From Phototrophicaceae bacterium (lineage in GTDB: Bacteria; Chloroflexota; Anaerolineae; Aggregatilineales; Phototrophicaceae): DNA of 64,000 bases. A program made the translations under genes and the position numbers. Below are positions 37,967 through 47,515 of the stretch, piece by piece (within the stretch, counting starts at the first letter, position 1; each line of letters opens with the position of its first letter). Where the stretch lies: assembly GCA_965207295.1 (NCBI GenBank), contig OZ242275.1, positions 3,503,456 through 3,567,455 on the forward strand, written 5' to 3'. Under the pieces are notes generated by a model. The model did not search any database and was not told the origin of the DNA. It saw nothing but the letters and a program-made list of their open reading frames with translations.

Positions 37967-38987
37967 GCCGCTCTTGAGCGTCCGCGACTTGTCGATGACT
38001 TATGTCCGCCGGTCGTCTCTTTTTGGGCGCCGCGCGCGGAATGTCGCCGCCTTGAAGGAAGTGAATCTTGATATTGAAGCGGGCGAAACGCTTGGCGTTG
38101 TCGGCGAATCGGGTTGTGGCAAAAGCACATTGGCGCGGTGTTTGCTGCGGCTGCTGCGGCCATCCGGCGGCAGCGTGCGTTTCGCGGGCGAAGACCTGCT
38201 TTCGCTCGGCGACGATGCGATGCGGCGGATGCGCCAACGCATGCAAATCGTCTTGCAAAATCCGTTTTCGTCGCTCAATCCGCGCCTGAATGGTTTTGAT
38301 TTGATTGCCGAGCCATTGCGCGCGCACCGGGCGCTGTCGCGAAAAGAAATGCGGGACAAGGTCGTATCGCTGCTGGCGGAGGTCGGCTTAACCAGCGATT
38401 TCTTGGGGCGGCATCCACACCAGCTCAGCGGCGGGCAGGCGCAGCGGATTGCCTTGGCGCGCGCTCTGGCGCTGAACCCCGCGCTTGTAATCCTTGACGA
38501 GCCAACCTCGGCGCTTGATGTTTCGGTGCAGGCGCAAATCATCAATTTGCTGATTCGACTGCAAAACCAGCGCGGGTTGACCTATCTGTTCATCACGCAT
38601 GACTTAAGCGTTGTCCAGCATATCAGCGATCGCATTGCTGTCATGTACCTGGGCAGAATCGTCGAGGAAGCCGGCAGCGAGCGGATTTTCGCCGAACCGC
38701 AGCATCCATATACGCAGGCGCTGCTTTCATCGACTCCGGCGCCGGACCCAGGGGGGCGCAGACAACGGATCATCTTGCCGGGGACCGTGCCCAGCGCAGC
38801 CAATCCGCCCGCCGGATGCGCCTTCCATCCCCGCTGCTCGCATGTAATGGACATCTGTCGCAGGCAGTATCCGGCGCCTCGGAGAACGGCGCCCGAACGC
38901 TTCGCCAGCTGCCATCTATACGACAGCGCGCAGGATATGGAGAGCTACTCAATGCACAATCTGCTGGACAAGGACGCGCAACAATGA
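37944..38987 (+). CDS. ABC transporter ATP-binding protein (DppF/OppF type)
   Basis: Walker A GESGCGKST, LSGGQAQR, LILDEPTSALD. Start is ATG 37944 or GTG 37959. Confidence 0.9.
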   Translation: MRHLPVAEPLLSVRDLSMTYVRRSSLFGRRARNVAALKEVNLDIEAGETLGVVGESGCGKSTLARCLLRLLRPSGGSVRFAGEDLLSLGDDAMRRMRQRMQIVLQNPFSSLNPRLNGFDLIAEPLRAHRALSRKEMRDKVVSLLAEVGLTSDFLGRHPHQLSGGQAQRIALARALALNPALVILDEPTSALDVSVQAQIINLLIRLQNQRGLTYLFITHDLSVVQHISDRIAVMYLGRIVEEAGSERIFAEPQHPYTQALLSSTPAPDPGGRRQRIILPGTVPSAANPPAGCAFHPRCSHVMDICRRQYPAPRRTAPERFASCHLYDSAQDMESYSMHNLLDKDAQQ

Positions 38988-41023
38988 CCAGGAAGCGACT
39001 GGCAATCGATGTCGGCGGGACCTTCGTCGACTTCGTCTCATTGGATGAAGACACGGGTGATGTGCGTATTGAAAAGTCGCCATCCTCCGGTTCATTGGAG
39101 CGGCGCTTCTTCGAAGGCATCGACAACCTCGCTCTGGACCTAAGCGCCTTGCGGACGATCATCCACGGCTCGACCATGGTGATCAATACAATCGTGCAAG
39201 AAAAGGGCGCGCGCGTCGGCTTGATCACGACCAAGGGATTCCGCGATGTTCTTGAGCTCGGGCGCGGCAACCGCGAGGAAATCTACAATCTGTTTTATCG
39301 TCCGCCCGCGCCGCTGGTCGAGCGCTATCTGCGCCTGGAGGTCAGCGAGCGTCTGGATGCCCGCGGGCAGGTGGTTGCGCCGCTCGCCGAAGACGAAGCG
39401 CGCGCCGCTATCCGACTTTTGAAAGCCGAAGGCGTCGAAGGTATCGCCGTCATTTTCTTGCATTCATATATCAATCCCGTACACGAAGAACGTATGCGCG
39501 ACCTCGTCAACGAAGCCGCGCCTGATGTCGAGGTGACGATCTCGTCCGAGATCTGCCGCGAGTGGCGTGAGTTTGAGCGCAGCTCAACCACCGTGCTCAA
39601 TGCCTACACCAAACCGAAACTGGCGCGCTATTTGTCGGCGCTGCAAGATGAACTGACCAAGCGAGATTTCCTGGGCGCGCTCAGCATTATGCAGTCTTCC
39701 GGCGGCATCACCTCCCTGCAGGCGGCCCGAGAAGGACCGATTCGCACCGTGGTGTCCGGCCCGGCCGGCGGCGTAATTGGCGTTGCCGCGTTGGGTAATC
39801 TGCTGGGCGAGCGCGATCTGGTCGCCGCCGATGTCGGTGGAACGACCTTTGATGTCGCTCTTATCACGGACGGACAGCCGCTTGAACGGACGGAGCATCG
39901 CATCAATCGGCGTCCGGTTTTGCAACCGACCATTGATATTGTGTCAATTGGCGCCGGTGGCGGAAGCATCGCCTGGCTCGATGGCGCGGGCGGCTTGCGC
40001 ATCGGACCACAGAGCGTCGAAGCTGATCCGGGTCCTGCCTGCCTTGACCTGGGCGGGGAGATGGCGACGGTCACCGATGCGCAGCTCTTGCTTGGCTATT
40101 TGGACCCGGACTACTATTTGGGCGAGCGCCTGAGCCTGAACGTGAAGCGCGCCGAGCAAGCAATACGGGAGCTCGTCGCTGCGCCGCTTGATTTGAGCTT
40201 GAAAGACGCGGCGGCCGGCATCGTTCACCTGGCGCACATGAACATGGCGCTTGCGATCCGCAATATCACCATCGAGCGTGGGCACGATCCCCGTCTTTTC
40301 ACGCTCGTATGCTACGGTGGTGGAGGCGGGCTCTTCGCTGGCTTTCTGCTCAATGAGTTGGACGCGGCTCGCGCAATCATACCGCTGAATCCAGCGACAT
40401 TCTCCGCCTGGGGCTTGCTAAATGCCGATTTCCGAGAAGATTGCTTGACTACGTTTTTGCGGGCTATTGACAACCTATCAGCTCACGAGCTGAAGTCAGA
40501 ACTTGAGGAGTTGGAGGCGGAAGTACGCCGCCGATTCTCGCGGAACGGGATTGCGCTGGTCCAAACGCGCGTGCAGTTTCATGCGGCGATGCGCTACCAT
40601 GGGCAGGAGCACACCGTCAAGGTACCAATCTTGCCGGGCGATCTCAACGATGATTTAGTCGCGCTGCGGCGCCGGCTTGATGAATATCATGAATTGTCGT
40701 ATTCGCTAAAACTGCCGGAATCCGCTGCGGAGATCGTCAGCCTACAGGCGTCCATTATCGGAGTGACGAGCAAGCCAACCGCGAAGAAGATCGCCGCCGA
40801 ACCGTCTGACGGCGCGGAAAAGGGCGAACGCGAAGTGAGCATACGCGGTTTTGACGACGCGTCGCGCGCGCGCGTTTTCGACCGCGATGGCCTCGGCGCC
40901 GGTGCGGTCATTGACGGACCCGCTATCATCGAAGAGTGGACATCCACCACGCTCATCCTTCCCGATCAGTCGGCGAACGTCGATGACTATGGCAATCTGA
41001 TAATCAAGCGAGCGAAATCATGA
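38984..41023 (+). CDS. hyuA: Hydantoinase/oxoprolinase family, A subunit
   Basis: MTRKRLAIDVGGTFVDFV (ASKHA N-terminus) and DVGGTTFDVALI. ATG 38984 overlaps the upstream stop (ATGA). The ORF-track start at 38816 is an in-frame artefact. Confidence 0.85.
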   Translation: MTRKRLAIDVGGTFVDFVSLDEDTGDVRIEKSPSSGSLERRFFEGIDNLALDLSALRTIIHGSTMVINTIVQEKGARVGLITTKGFRDVLELGRGNREEIYNLFYRPPAPLVERYLRLEVSERLDARGQVVAPLAEDEARAAIRLLKAEGVEGIAVIFLHSYINPVHEERMRDLVNEAAPDVEVTISSEICREWREFERSSTTVLNAYTKPKLARYLSALQDELTKRDFLGALSIMQSSGGITSLQAAREGPIRTVVSGPAGGVIGVAALGNLLGERDLVAADVGGTTFDVALITDGQPLERTEHRINRRPVLQPTIDIVSIGAGGGSIAWLDGAGGLRIGPQSVEADPGPACLDLGGEMATVTDAQLLLGYLDPDYYLGERLSLNVKRAEQAIRELVAAPLDLSLKDAAAGIVHLAHMNMALAIRNITIERGHDPRLFTLVCYGGGGGLFAGFLLNELDAARAIIPLNPATFSAWGLLNADFREDCLTTFLRAIDNLSAHELKSELEELEAEVRRRFSRNGIALVQTRVQFHAAMRYHGQEHTVKVPILPGDLNDDLVALRRRLDEYHELSYSLKLPESAAEIVSLQASIIGVTSKPTAKKIAAEPSDGAEKGEREVSIRGFDDASRARVFDRDGLGAGAVIDGPAIIEEWTSTTLILPDQSANVDDYGNLIIKRAKS

Positions 41024-42690
41024 ACAAGGTCGATCCCATAACCACGCAAGTCATCAGAAACGCGCTGAAGGCGGCCGCCGACGAAATGATGATCAGCTTG
41101 ATCAAAACAGCGCACAATCCGCTCATCTATGAGGTGCAGGATTTTGGCTTGGCAATCACCAATCATCGTGGCGAGATGCTGGCGGAAGGCTCCGGTTTGC
41201 CCGGTTTCATGGGCTGCCTCGGCCCCACTGTGCGCAGCGGAATACGAGAGCTGGGGGCGGACGGCTTTTGCGAAGGCGATATCCTGCTGGCAAATGAGCC
41301 TTATGAAACCGGTACGCATATTAGCGATACCGCCGTCTACATGCCGATTTTCCATGAGGGGCGCCTGGTGGCGTTTTCCGCTTTGATGGCGCATTGGGCT
41401 GATATTGGCGGCAAGACACCCGGAGGCTGGTGCCCGGATACCACCGACGTACATCAAGAGGGCATGATTTTCTTCCACGACAAGCTGGTGGAAAAGGGCA
41501 TGCTGAACCATACATTCTTACGCTTTATTCTGAAAAATGTGCGCTTTCCCGATTTGGTGCACGGTGATCTCAATGCAATGATCGCCGCTTGTCGAACCGG
41601 CGCCAGACGATACATCGCCCTTAGCGAGCGATATGGCGCAGACACCATCCAGCGGGCGATGGATCAGGTCTTCGACCAATCTGAAGCAATGATGCGCGCG
41701 AAAATTAGCGAGATCCCGAATGGATCGTATTCCGCCAGCGTATTCATGGATCATGACGGCGTTGAGTTGGACAAGCCATATCGAATCGCGGTAAGGGTTG
41801 ATGTGGAGCATGATGAAATGCGCATCGATTGGACCGGCACGGGCGGCACGGTTGCTGGTCCCACCAATCATCCCTTTATCGGCACCATCGCCATGTCCGA
41901 GACCGTGCTCAAGTCGCTGACGATGCCCTTTGACCCAATGAATCATGGGCATACGCGCCCACTGACAGTGACAGCGCCGGACAATACTGCCGTCAGCCCG
42001 CTCTATCCGGCGCCGACCGATTCTTATGGTTACGTCGCCGAGATGGTCGTCCACCTGATTGTCAAAGCGCTTTCCGCCGCCATTCCCGATCGCTGTCCGG
42101 CGGCGTCTTATCAGATGTTCGGCTGCGTCTTCTATCGAATGGATCCGCGCCACGGCGAGCCCTTCATCTTTATCGAACCGCTTGACGGCGGCGGCGGCGC
42201 CTTTCCTTACGCGGACGGGCCGAGCGGGCTGGTCTTCGTCGGCAACGGCAACGCGCCAAACACGCCGACCGAGGTGATCGAAGGCCGCTATCCCTTACGT
42301 ATCCTGCGGCATACCTTTAACTTGGAGGGAGCGGGCGAGGGCAAGTATCGCGGCGGCTTCGGCGTCATCCGCGAGTACGAAACGCTCGAGGACAATATTC
42401 TCATACAGACGATGAATGAAAACACCATCGATAGGCCCTGGGGCCTGCATGGTGGCGGGAGCGCCGGCGTCAGCAAGGCGATTGCCTGGGCGCGCAGCGA
42501 GCGCGAAGAAGAGATAACTCAGCGCGTTTACCTCTATGGCCCATTCAACCGGGGCGATATTGTCACGCAGATTTCTGCTGGAGGGGGCGGCTGGGGCGAT
42601 CCCGAAGAACGCGACCTGGCGCTACACGAGTACGATTTGCGCAACGGCTACGTTCAGTCCAGCGAACGTGGGGCTGCCGCGAAACCCTAA
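41020..42690 (+). CDS. hyuB: Hydantoinase/oxoprolinase family, B subunit
   Basis: DPITTQVIRNAL start motif and GGGGWGDPEERD near the C-terminus. ATGA overlap with hyuA. Confidence 0.85.
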   Translation: MNKVDPITTQVIRNALKAAADEMMISLIKTAHNPLIYEVQDFGLAITNHRGEMLAEGSGLPGFMGCLGPTVRSGIRELGADGFCEGDILLANEPYETGTHISDTAVYMPIFHEGRLVAFSALMAHWADIGGKTPGGWCPDTTDVHQEGMIFFHDKLVEKGMLNHTFLRFILKNVRFPDLVHGDLNAMIAACRTGARRYIALSERYGADTIQRAMDQVFDQSEAMMRAKISEIPNGSYSASVFMDHDGVELDKPYRIAVRVDVEHDEMRIDWTGTGGTVAGPTNHPFIGTIAMSETVLKSLTMPFDPMNHGHTRPLTVTAPDNTAVSPLYPAPTDSYGYVAEMVVHLIVKALSAAIPDRCPAASYQMFGCVFYRMDPRHGEPFIFIEPLDGGGGAFPYADGPSGLVFVGNGNAPNTPTEVIEGRYPLRILRHTFNLEGAGEGKYRGGFGVIREYETLEDNILIQTMNENTIDRPWGLHGGGSAGVSKAIAWARSEREEEITQRVYLYGPFNRGDIVTQISAGGGGWGDPEERDLALHEYDLRNGYVQSSERGAAAKP

Positions 42691-44222
42691 TCGACCGGCG
42701 GCCGATATTGCAGCGCCTCGGCAATATGCGCGACCTCGATTTCGGCTGCGTCATCAAGGTCGGCAATCGTGCGGCTGAGCTTGAGCACGCGATGATAACT
42801 GCGCGCGCTCAGTTGGAGCTTCCTAACCGACAGCGTCAGGATTCCGCGCGCTTCCTCGTTCAGCTTGCAAAATTGGTCGATGTCGCTGACGGTCATGTCG
42901 GCATTGGCGAAGAGCCCCGGATGCGCTTTGAACCGCTGAGTTTGCCGGCTGCGCGCTTCCTCAACGCGTTGGCGAATGTCATGTGAACTTTCGGCGGTCG
43001 CGTCTCCCATCAGCTTGTCGAAATCAACGCGTGGCACATCGACATGGATATCTATACGATCGATTATCGGTCCGGAAATCCGCGATTGATAACGCTGAAT
43101 CTGATTGGGCGTGCAAGTGCAGGCTTGCAGCGGATCGCCATAGAAGCCGCAGGGGCAGGGGTTGCGCGCGCCCACAAGCAGGAAGTTGGCGGGGAAAGTG
43201 ATGCTGCCTTTTGCCCGGCTGATAGTCACAATCTTGTCTTCAATCGGCTGCCGCAACACTTCCAGCACTTTGCTCGAATGCTCGTTGATTTCATCAAGAA
43301 ACAGGACGCCGCGATGCGCCAGGCTGATCTCGCCCGGCTTTGGTATGGATCCGCCGCCCACCAGCCCGACCTGGGAAATTGTGTGATGCGGCGCGCGGAA
43401 TGGACGCTGGCACACCAGTGGTTCGTCTTGCGACAGCATGTCTACAATGGAGTAAACTCGTGTTACTTCCAAAGATTCTTGCATCGTCAAGGTCGGCAAG
43501 ATGCCCGCCAAGGCCCGCGCCTGCAAGCTCTTGCCCGCGCCCGGCGGACCCGACATCAGAATATTGTGATTGCCCGCGGCGGCGACTTCCAGCGCCCGCT
43601 TCACATGCTCCTGACCGCGTATATCGGCGAAGTCTTCGACACCATCGAGAAGGGGGCGCACGGTGTCGCGCCCGTTCAGTTCCGGCTCGACTGGCTTGAT
43701 CGGATTCAACTGATAAAGATGCTCAACCAACTGGCCGATCGATTGAACCGGTATGATTGTAATATCTTGAATCAGCGCGGCTTCCGCGGCATCGGCTTCG
43801 GGCACGTATACCGTGTCCAGCCCTTGCTGCATCGCGGTATAAACCATCGGCAAGACACCTTGTACGTGGCGGATGCCGCCGTCCAGCGAAAGCTCGCCGA
43901 TGAACATAGCGCTATCCAAAACGTGAAGCGGGATTTGATCGGTGGCGGCCAGCACGCCAATGGCTATCGCCAAATCGTATGATGGACCGTGCTTATGGAT
44001 ATCAGCCGGCGACAGATTGACCACATAGGCTTTGTTGGGGAAGCGCAAGCCGCTGTTGCGAATCGCCGAGCGGGCGCGGTCTTTGCTCTCGCGTACAGCC
44101 ACGCCGGGCAAACCCACCAGGTTGAAGCTGGGCAGCGCCGCGCGCGGGTTGAAGTCAGTCTGCACCTCGACGATTTGCCCATCCAAGCCGATCACGGCGC
44201 AAGTGTTGACGATGGCTAGCAT
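42687..44222 (-). CDS. comM: YifB/ComM-family Mg-chelatase-like AAA+ ATPase
   Basis: Lon-like N-domain, Walker A GPPGAGKS, and an MCM-like core (VLFLDEINE). ATG 44222 (MLAIVNTCAVIGLDG) has GAGGA upstream; the ORF-track TTG 44270 is less likely. Confidence 0.9.
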   Translation of the reverse strand: MLAIVNTCAVIGLDGQIVEVQTDFNPRAALPSFNLVGLPGVAVRESKDRARSAIRNSGLRFPNKAYVVNLSPADIHKHGPSYDLAIAIGVLAATDQIPLHVLDSAMFIGELSLDGGIRHVQGVLPMVYTAMQQGLDTVYVPEADAAEAALIQDITIIPVQSIGQLVEHLYQLNPIKPVEPELNGRDTVRPLLDGVEDFADIRGQEHVKRALEVAAAGNHNILMSGPPGAGKSLQARALAGILPTLTMQESLEVTRVYSIVDMLSQDEPLVCQRPFRAPHHTISQVGLVGGGSIPKPGEISLAHRGVLFLDEINEHSSKVLEVLRQPIEDKIVTISRAKGSITFPANFLLVGARNPCPCGFYGDPLQACTCTPNQIQRYQSRISGPIIDRIDIHVDVPRVDFDKLMGDATAESSHDIRQRVEEARSRQTQRFKAHPGLFANADMTVSDIDQFCKLNEEARGILTLSVRKLQLSARSYHRVLKLSRTIADLDDAAEIEVAHIAEALQYRPPVD

Positions 44223-44309
44223 AAGTCCTCGCGAAACTGCCAGATCTGTCCGCGCCAATAGTACATTCAAACGAATGGAATAACAGGCATTGATTATGAT
44301 TGATTGCGT

Positions 44310-44801
44310 TTAGGAACTCTGTTGCAGGTAAGCGATGATGCCGCCGGCATCCACAATCTCGCGCACCTGTTCCGGCAGCGGCGGAAAACTGTAGGCCCTT
44401 CCCAAATAATGCATTTGCGCCGCGTCCAGGTCAATTTCGATCTCATCCCCGGTCTCAACCTGTGCGACCAACTCGGGGCAAGTGATGACCAGCAAGCCGC
44501 TGTTGATCGCGTTACGGTAATAAATCCGCGCGAAGCTGCTTGCGATGACCGCGTGGACGCCGGCGGCAATCAGGCACTTGACCGCTTGCTCGCGGCTGCT
44601 GCCGTTGCCCCAGTTGCGCCCGGCGACGATGACATCTCCCCTTTGCGCGGCGCTGGCAAAGCTCGGGTCGAGGTCTTCCAAAGCGTGGCGCGCCAACTGC
44701 GCATTATCGCTCTCGATGGTATAGGTGTACTTGCCCGGAAAGATGACATCAGTGTTGACGTTGTCACCATACTTCCAGACGCGATGTCGCGTTCGCGTCA
44801 T
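44310..44801 (-). CDS. hacB: Homoaconitase / 3-isopropylmalate dehydratase small subunit (type 2)
   Basis: MTRTRHRVWKYGDNVNTDVIFPGKY. ATG 44801 has GGAG upstream. Assigned to homoaconitase from its position in the lysine cluster. Confidence 0.75.
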   Translation of the reverse strand: MTRTRHRVWKYGDNVNTDVIFPGKYTYTIESDNAQLARHALEDLDPSFASAAQRGDVIVAGRNWGNGSSREQAVKCLIAAGVHAVIASSFARIYYRNAINSGLLVITCPELVAQVETGDEIEIDLDAAQMHYLGRAYSFPPLPEQVREIVDAGGIIAYLQQSS

Positions 44802-44847
44802 ACTTTGCGCGCTCCGCTTATGGACCCGAGGGCTCGTCCGCAAGAGT

Positions 44848-46143
44848 TCAAATCAACAAGTCCGCTGGATGAATCAAATGACCGGCGACGCAGCTCGCGG
44901 CTACAACCGCCGGACTCGACAGGTAGATTTCGGCATCCGGCTCGCCCATGCGCCCGCGGAAATTCCGATTGGCGCTGCTGATGCATACCTCGCCCGGCGC
45001 CAGGACGCCTTGATGTACCCCCATGCAAGGTCCGCAGCCGGGCGTGCCGATGCTTGCGCCAGCCTCTATCAAGTCGGCGATGTAACCGGCTTCAGCCGCA
45101 TCGCGCAGCGCCATCGACGACGCCGGTATCACAATCAATCGCCTGCGCAGCCGCCGTCCGCGCACGATCTTTGCGGCGGCCGCGAGGTCCTCCAGCCGTC
45201 CGTTCGTGCAGGTGCCGATAAATCCTACATCGACCGCCCTCGTGGCGACCGCCGATAACGGCTGAACATTGTCGACGCTATGCGGGCAGGACACCATCGG
45301 CTCAATCTTGCTCATATCGATGTGATGATGAACGGCGTAATCTGCGCCAGAGTCGGGAAACAGCGCGCGCCCGCGAAAGAAACCAAGCCGGTCTTCATGG
45401 TCCTCGGAGCAAGTCCGCCTCAACGTCTCGCTTAGCCAGCGCCAGGTGACTTCGTCGGGCGCCATACAGGCGTTTTTCGCGCCCATCTCCGCCATCATAT
45501 TTGTCAACACCGCGCGCGAATCCGGGGATAATCCGGCGACGCCGTCGCCGTCAAACTCGACTGCCATGTAGGTGGCGCCATCGGATGACAGCCGGCCAAT
45601 CATGCTAATCGTCAAATCTTTGGTGGTTACGCCAGTCTCAAACTTTCCCGTCAGCTTGATGCGCATCGTCTCCGGAACGCGCAGCCATAGCTGGCCCGTT
45701 GCCCATATCGCCGCGACCTCGCTGCGTCCAATGCCGGCGCTGAAAGCGCCCAGCCAGCCGTAATGCGTACTATGGCTGTCGGCGCCCAACAAAGTCATGC
45801 CCGGTCCGATTATGCCCTCTTCGCAAAGCACTTGGTGACAGATGCCCCGGCCGACGTCAAAGAAATTCGCAATACCCTGCTCGCGAACGAATTGACGAAT
45901 GCGCGCGTGGTTCCGCGCGTGCTTGGCTGTCGGCGGCGGAACGGCGTGGTCGAGCGTGATCGCCAGCCGTTCGGGATACTTGACGCGATCATGCGGCAGC
46001 TGCTGAAAGATTGCGGCGATTGCGGCGCTGTTGTCGTGGCTCAGCACAATCTCTGGTTCGATGACGACAATGTCGCCGGGTTTGACCCGGTTGCGCTGGC
46101 TTGCGCGCGCCATCAGCTTTTCCGTCAAGGTTTGCGGTGACAA
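44848..46143 (-). CDS. hacA: Homoaconitase / 3-isopropylmalate dehydratase large subunit
   Basis: QTLTEKLMA start, [20 protein letters not shown] Fe-S motifs. TTG start. Confidence 0.8.
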   Translation of the reverse strand: MSPQTLTEKLMARASQRNRVKPGDIVVIEPEIVLSHDNSAAIAAIFQQLPHDRVKYPERLAITLDHAVPPPTAKHARNHARIRQFVREQGIANFFDVGRGICHQVLCEEGIIGPGMTLLGADSHSTHYGWLGAFSAGIGRSEVAAIWATGQLWLRVPETMRIKLTGKFETGVTTKDLTISMIGRLSSDGATYMAVEFDGDGVAGLSPDSRAVLTNMMAEMGAKNACMAPDEVTWRWLSETLRRTCSEDHEDRLGFFRGRALFPDSGADYAVHHHIDMSKIEPMVSCPHSVDNVQPLSAVATRAVDVGFIGTCTNGRLEDLAAAAKIVRGRRLRRRLIVIPASSMALRDAAEAGYIADLIEAGASIGTPGCGPCMGVHQGVLAPGEVCISSANRNFRGRMGEPDAEIYLSSPAVVAASCVAGHLIHPADLLI

Positions 46144-46228
46144 TTGCCAGTCACTTTCTCAATACTGCTGAACCGATAGTCTGATACAATTGCCGCTTGG
46201 CACGGCAACAACCACGCTGGCGGAACCC

Positions 46229-47515
46229 ATGTTACCGCAAGATCTGCGCGACAAACTCCATCACAACATCGCTGTCAATATCTTCGACGGCAGCCTGTTC
46301 GGCTTCGGCGTTTCGGGTTTGGCATCCTATGTTACCATAATCCCGCTATTCCTGTCTTATCTCACCGAATCGACCGCTTTAATCGGCTTTGTCGCCACCC
46401 TTTTCCACATCGGCTGGCAAATGCCGCAATTGCTGACCTCCAGCTATGTCGCCAGTTTGCGGCGTTACAAACCGATGGTGCTGGCGATGACCTTAGTGGA
46501 GCGCGTGCCGTATTTCGGTTTGGCGCTGCTGGCTTTCCTGATTCCGCAAATCGGTTTGGACGCGGCGCTGCTAATCTCGCTGCTTCTGCTCGCCGTGCAA
46601 TCGCTGGGCGGCGGCTTCACAGGCACGGCTTGGCAGAGCATGATCAGCAAGATCATGCCACCGCATCGGCTTGGGTCGTTCTTCGGCATTCAGTCGGCCT
46701 GCGTCAATCTCTTTGGCGCTGGCGGCGCTTTGCTGGCAAGTGTGATTCTCGAACGGCTGGACTTTCCCGATAGTTTTTCGCTGTTATTCTTGTTGGCTGG
46801 GATAAGCCTGCTCGTGTCTTTCGTTGGCCTGGCACTGGTCTATGAGCCGGAGAGCGACCCGCAGAATGTCGCCACGCCAGTCCGGTGGCGTCAATTCGGC
46901 GGGCGGCTGCGCCAAATCCTGCGCGCGGATGACAACTTCCGCTGGTTCCTCATTGCGCGTGGATTGACCGCCGTCAGTTTGACCGCCATCTCGTTCTATA
47001 CCATCTATGGCATTCGCCGCTTCGATATGTCGCCCGAATTCGCCGGCGTCTTGACCAGCGTCTTGCTGGTATCGAACACGCTAAGCAGTTCAGTCATCGG
47101 CTGGATTGGCGATCGCTGGGGCCATCGCCGCGTCTTGATAGCGGCAAACCTGCTGACGGTGCTGGCGGTCGCGGTCGCCGTGTCCGCAAGCGATATCAAC
47201 TGGTTCTACCTGGTATTTGCCCTTACCGGCTTCGTCAACTCGGCGCAATGGTCGACGATTATGACCATCACGGTACAGTTCGGCACGGTGGCGGAGCGCC
47301 CCTATTACATCGGGATGGCGAATTCCTTCATCGCGCCGGTTACGATTTTTGCGCCGATCATAGGGGGTTGGCTGATAGACGCCGTCAACTTTGAATCGAC
47401 CTTTACCATATTCGCCTTGGCTGGATTGCTTTCGGTCCTGGTGTATGTCATTCCAATGCGCGATCCGGAAGGCGCAGCCGGCGGGCGAAAGCCAAACATC
47501 GCCGCCGCCGATTAG
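46229..47515 (+). CDS. MFS transporter
   Basis: 12-TM profile and a WIGDRWGHRR motif-A-like loop in the second half. ATG 46229 preferred over TTG 46190. Confidence 0.8.
   Translation: MLPQDLRDKLHHNIAVNIFDGSLFGFGVSGLASYVTIIPLFLSYLTESTALIGFVATLFHIGWQMPQLLTSSYVASLRRYKPMVLAMTLVERVPYFGLALLAFLIPQIGLDAALLISLLLLAVQSLGGGFTGTAWQSMISKIMPPHRLGSFFGIQSACVNLFGAGGALLASVILERLDFPDSFSLLFLLAGISLLVSFVGLALVYEPESDPQNVATPVRWRQFGGRLRQILRADDNFRWFLIARGLTAVSLTAISFYTIYGIRRFDMSPEFAGVLTSVLLVSNTLSSSVIGWIGDRWGHRRVLIAANLLTVLAVAVAVSASDINWFYLVFALTGFVNSAQWSTIMTITVQFGTVAERPYYIGMANSFIAPVTIFAPIIGGWLIDAVNFESTFTIFALAGLLSVLVYVIPMRDPEGAAGGRKPNIAAAD

Noticed and set aside
38816-38983. Long N-terminal extensions in the ORF track (38816 for hyuA, 36830 for the first ATPase, 13071 and 12136 for the GT2 genes, 17005 for yggT, 44270 for comM, 24464 for the CcdA fusion).
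   Set aside because: The extensions overlap the preceding gene in another frame, have Arg/Gly-rich junk composition, and internal starts give canonical N-termini with RBS or start-stop coupling.
46195-46212. Sigma54-like TGGCAC motif in the hacA/MFS divergent region.
   Set aside because: The GC element at the required 10-nt spacing (TTGC) is absent, so the match is to the -24 half only.
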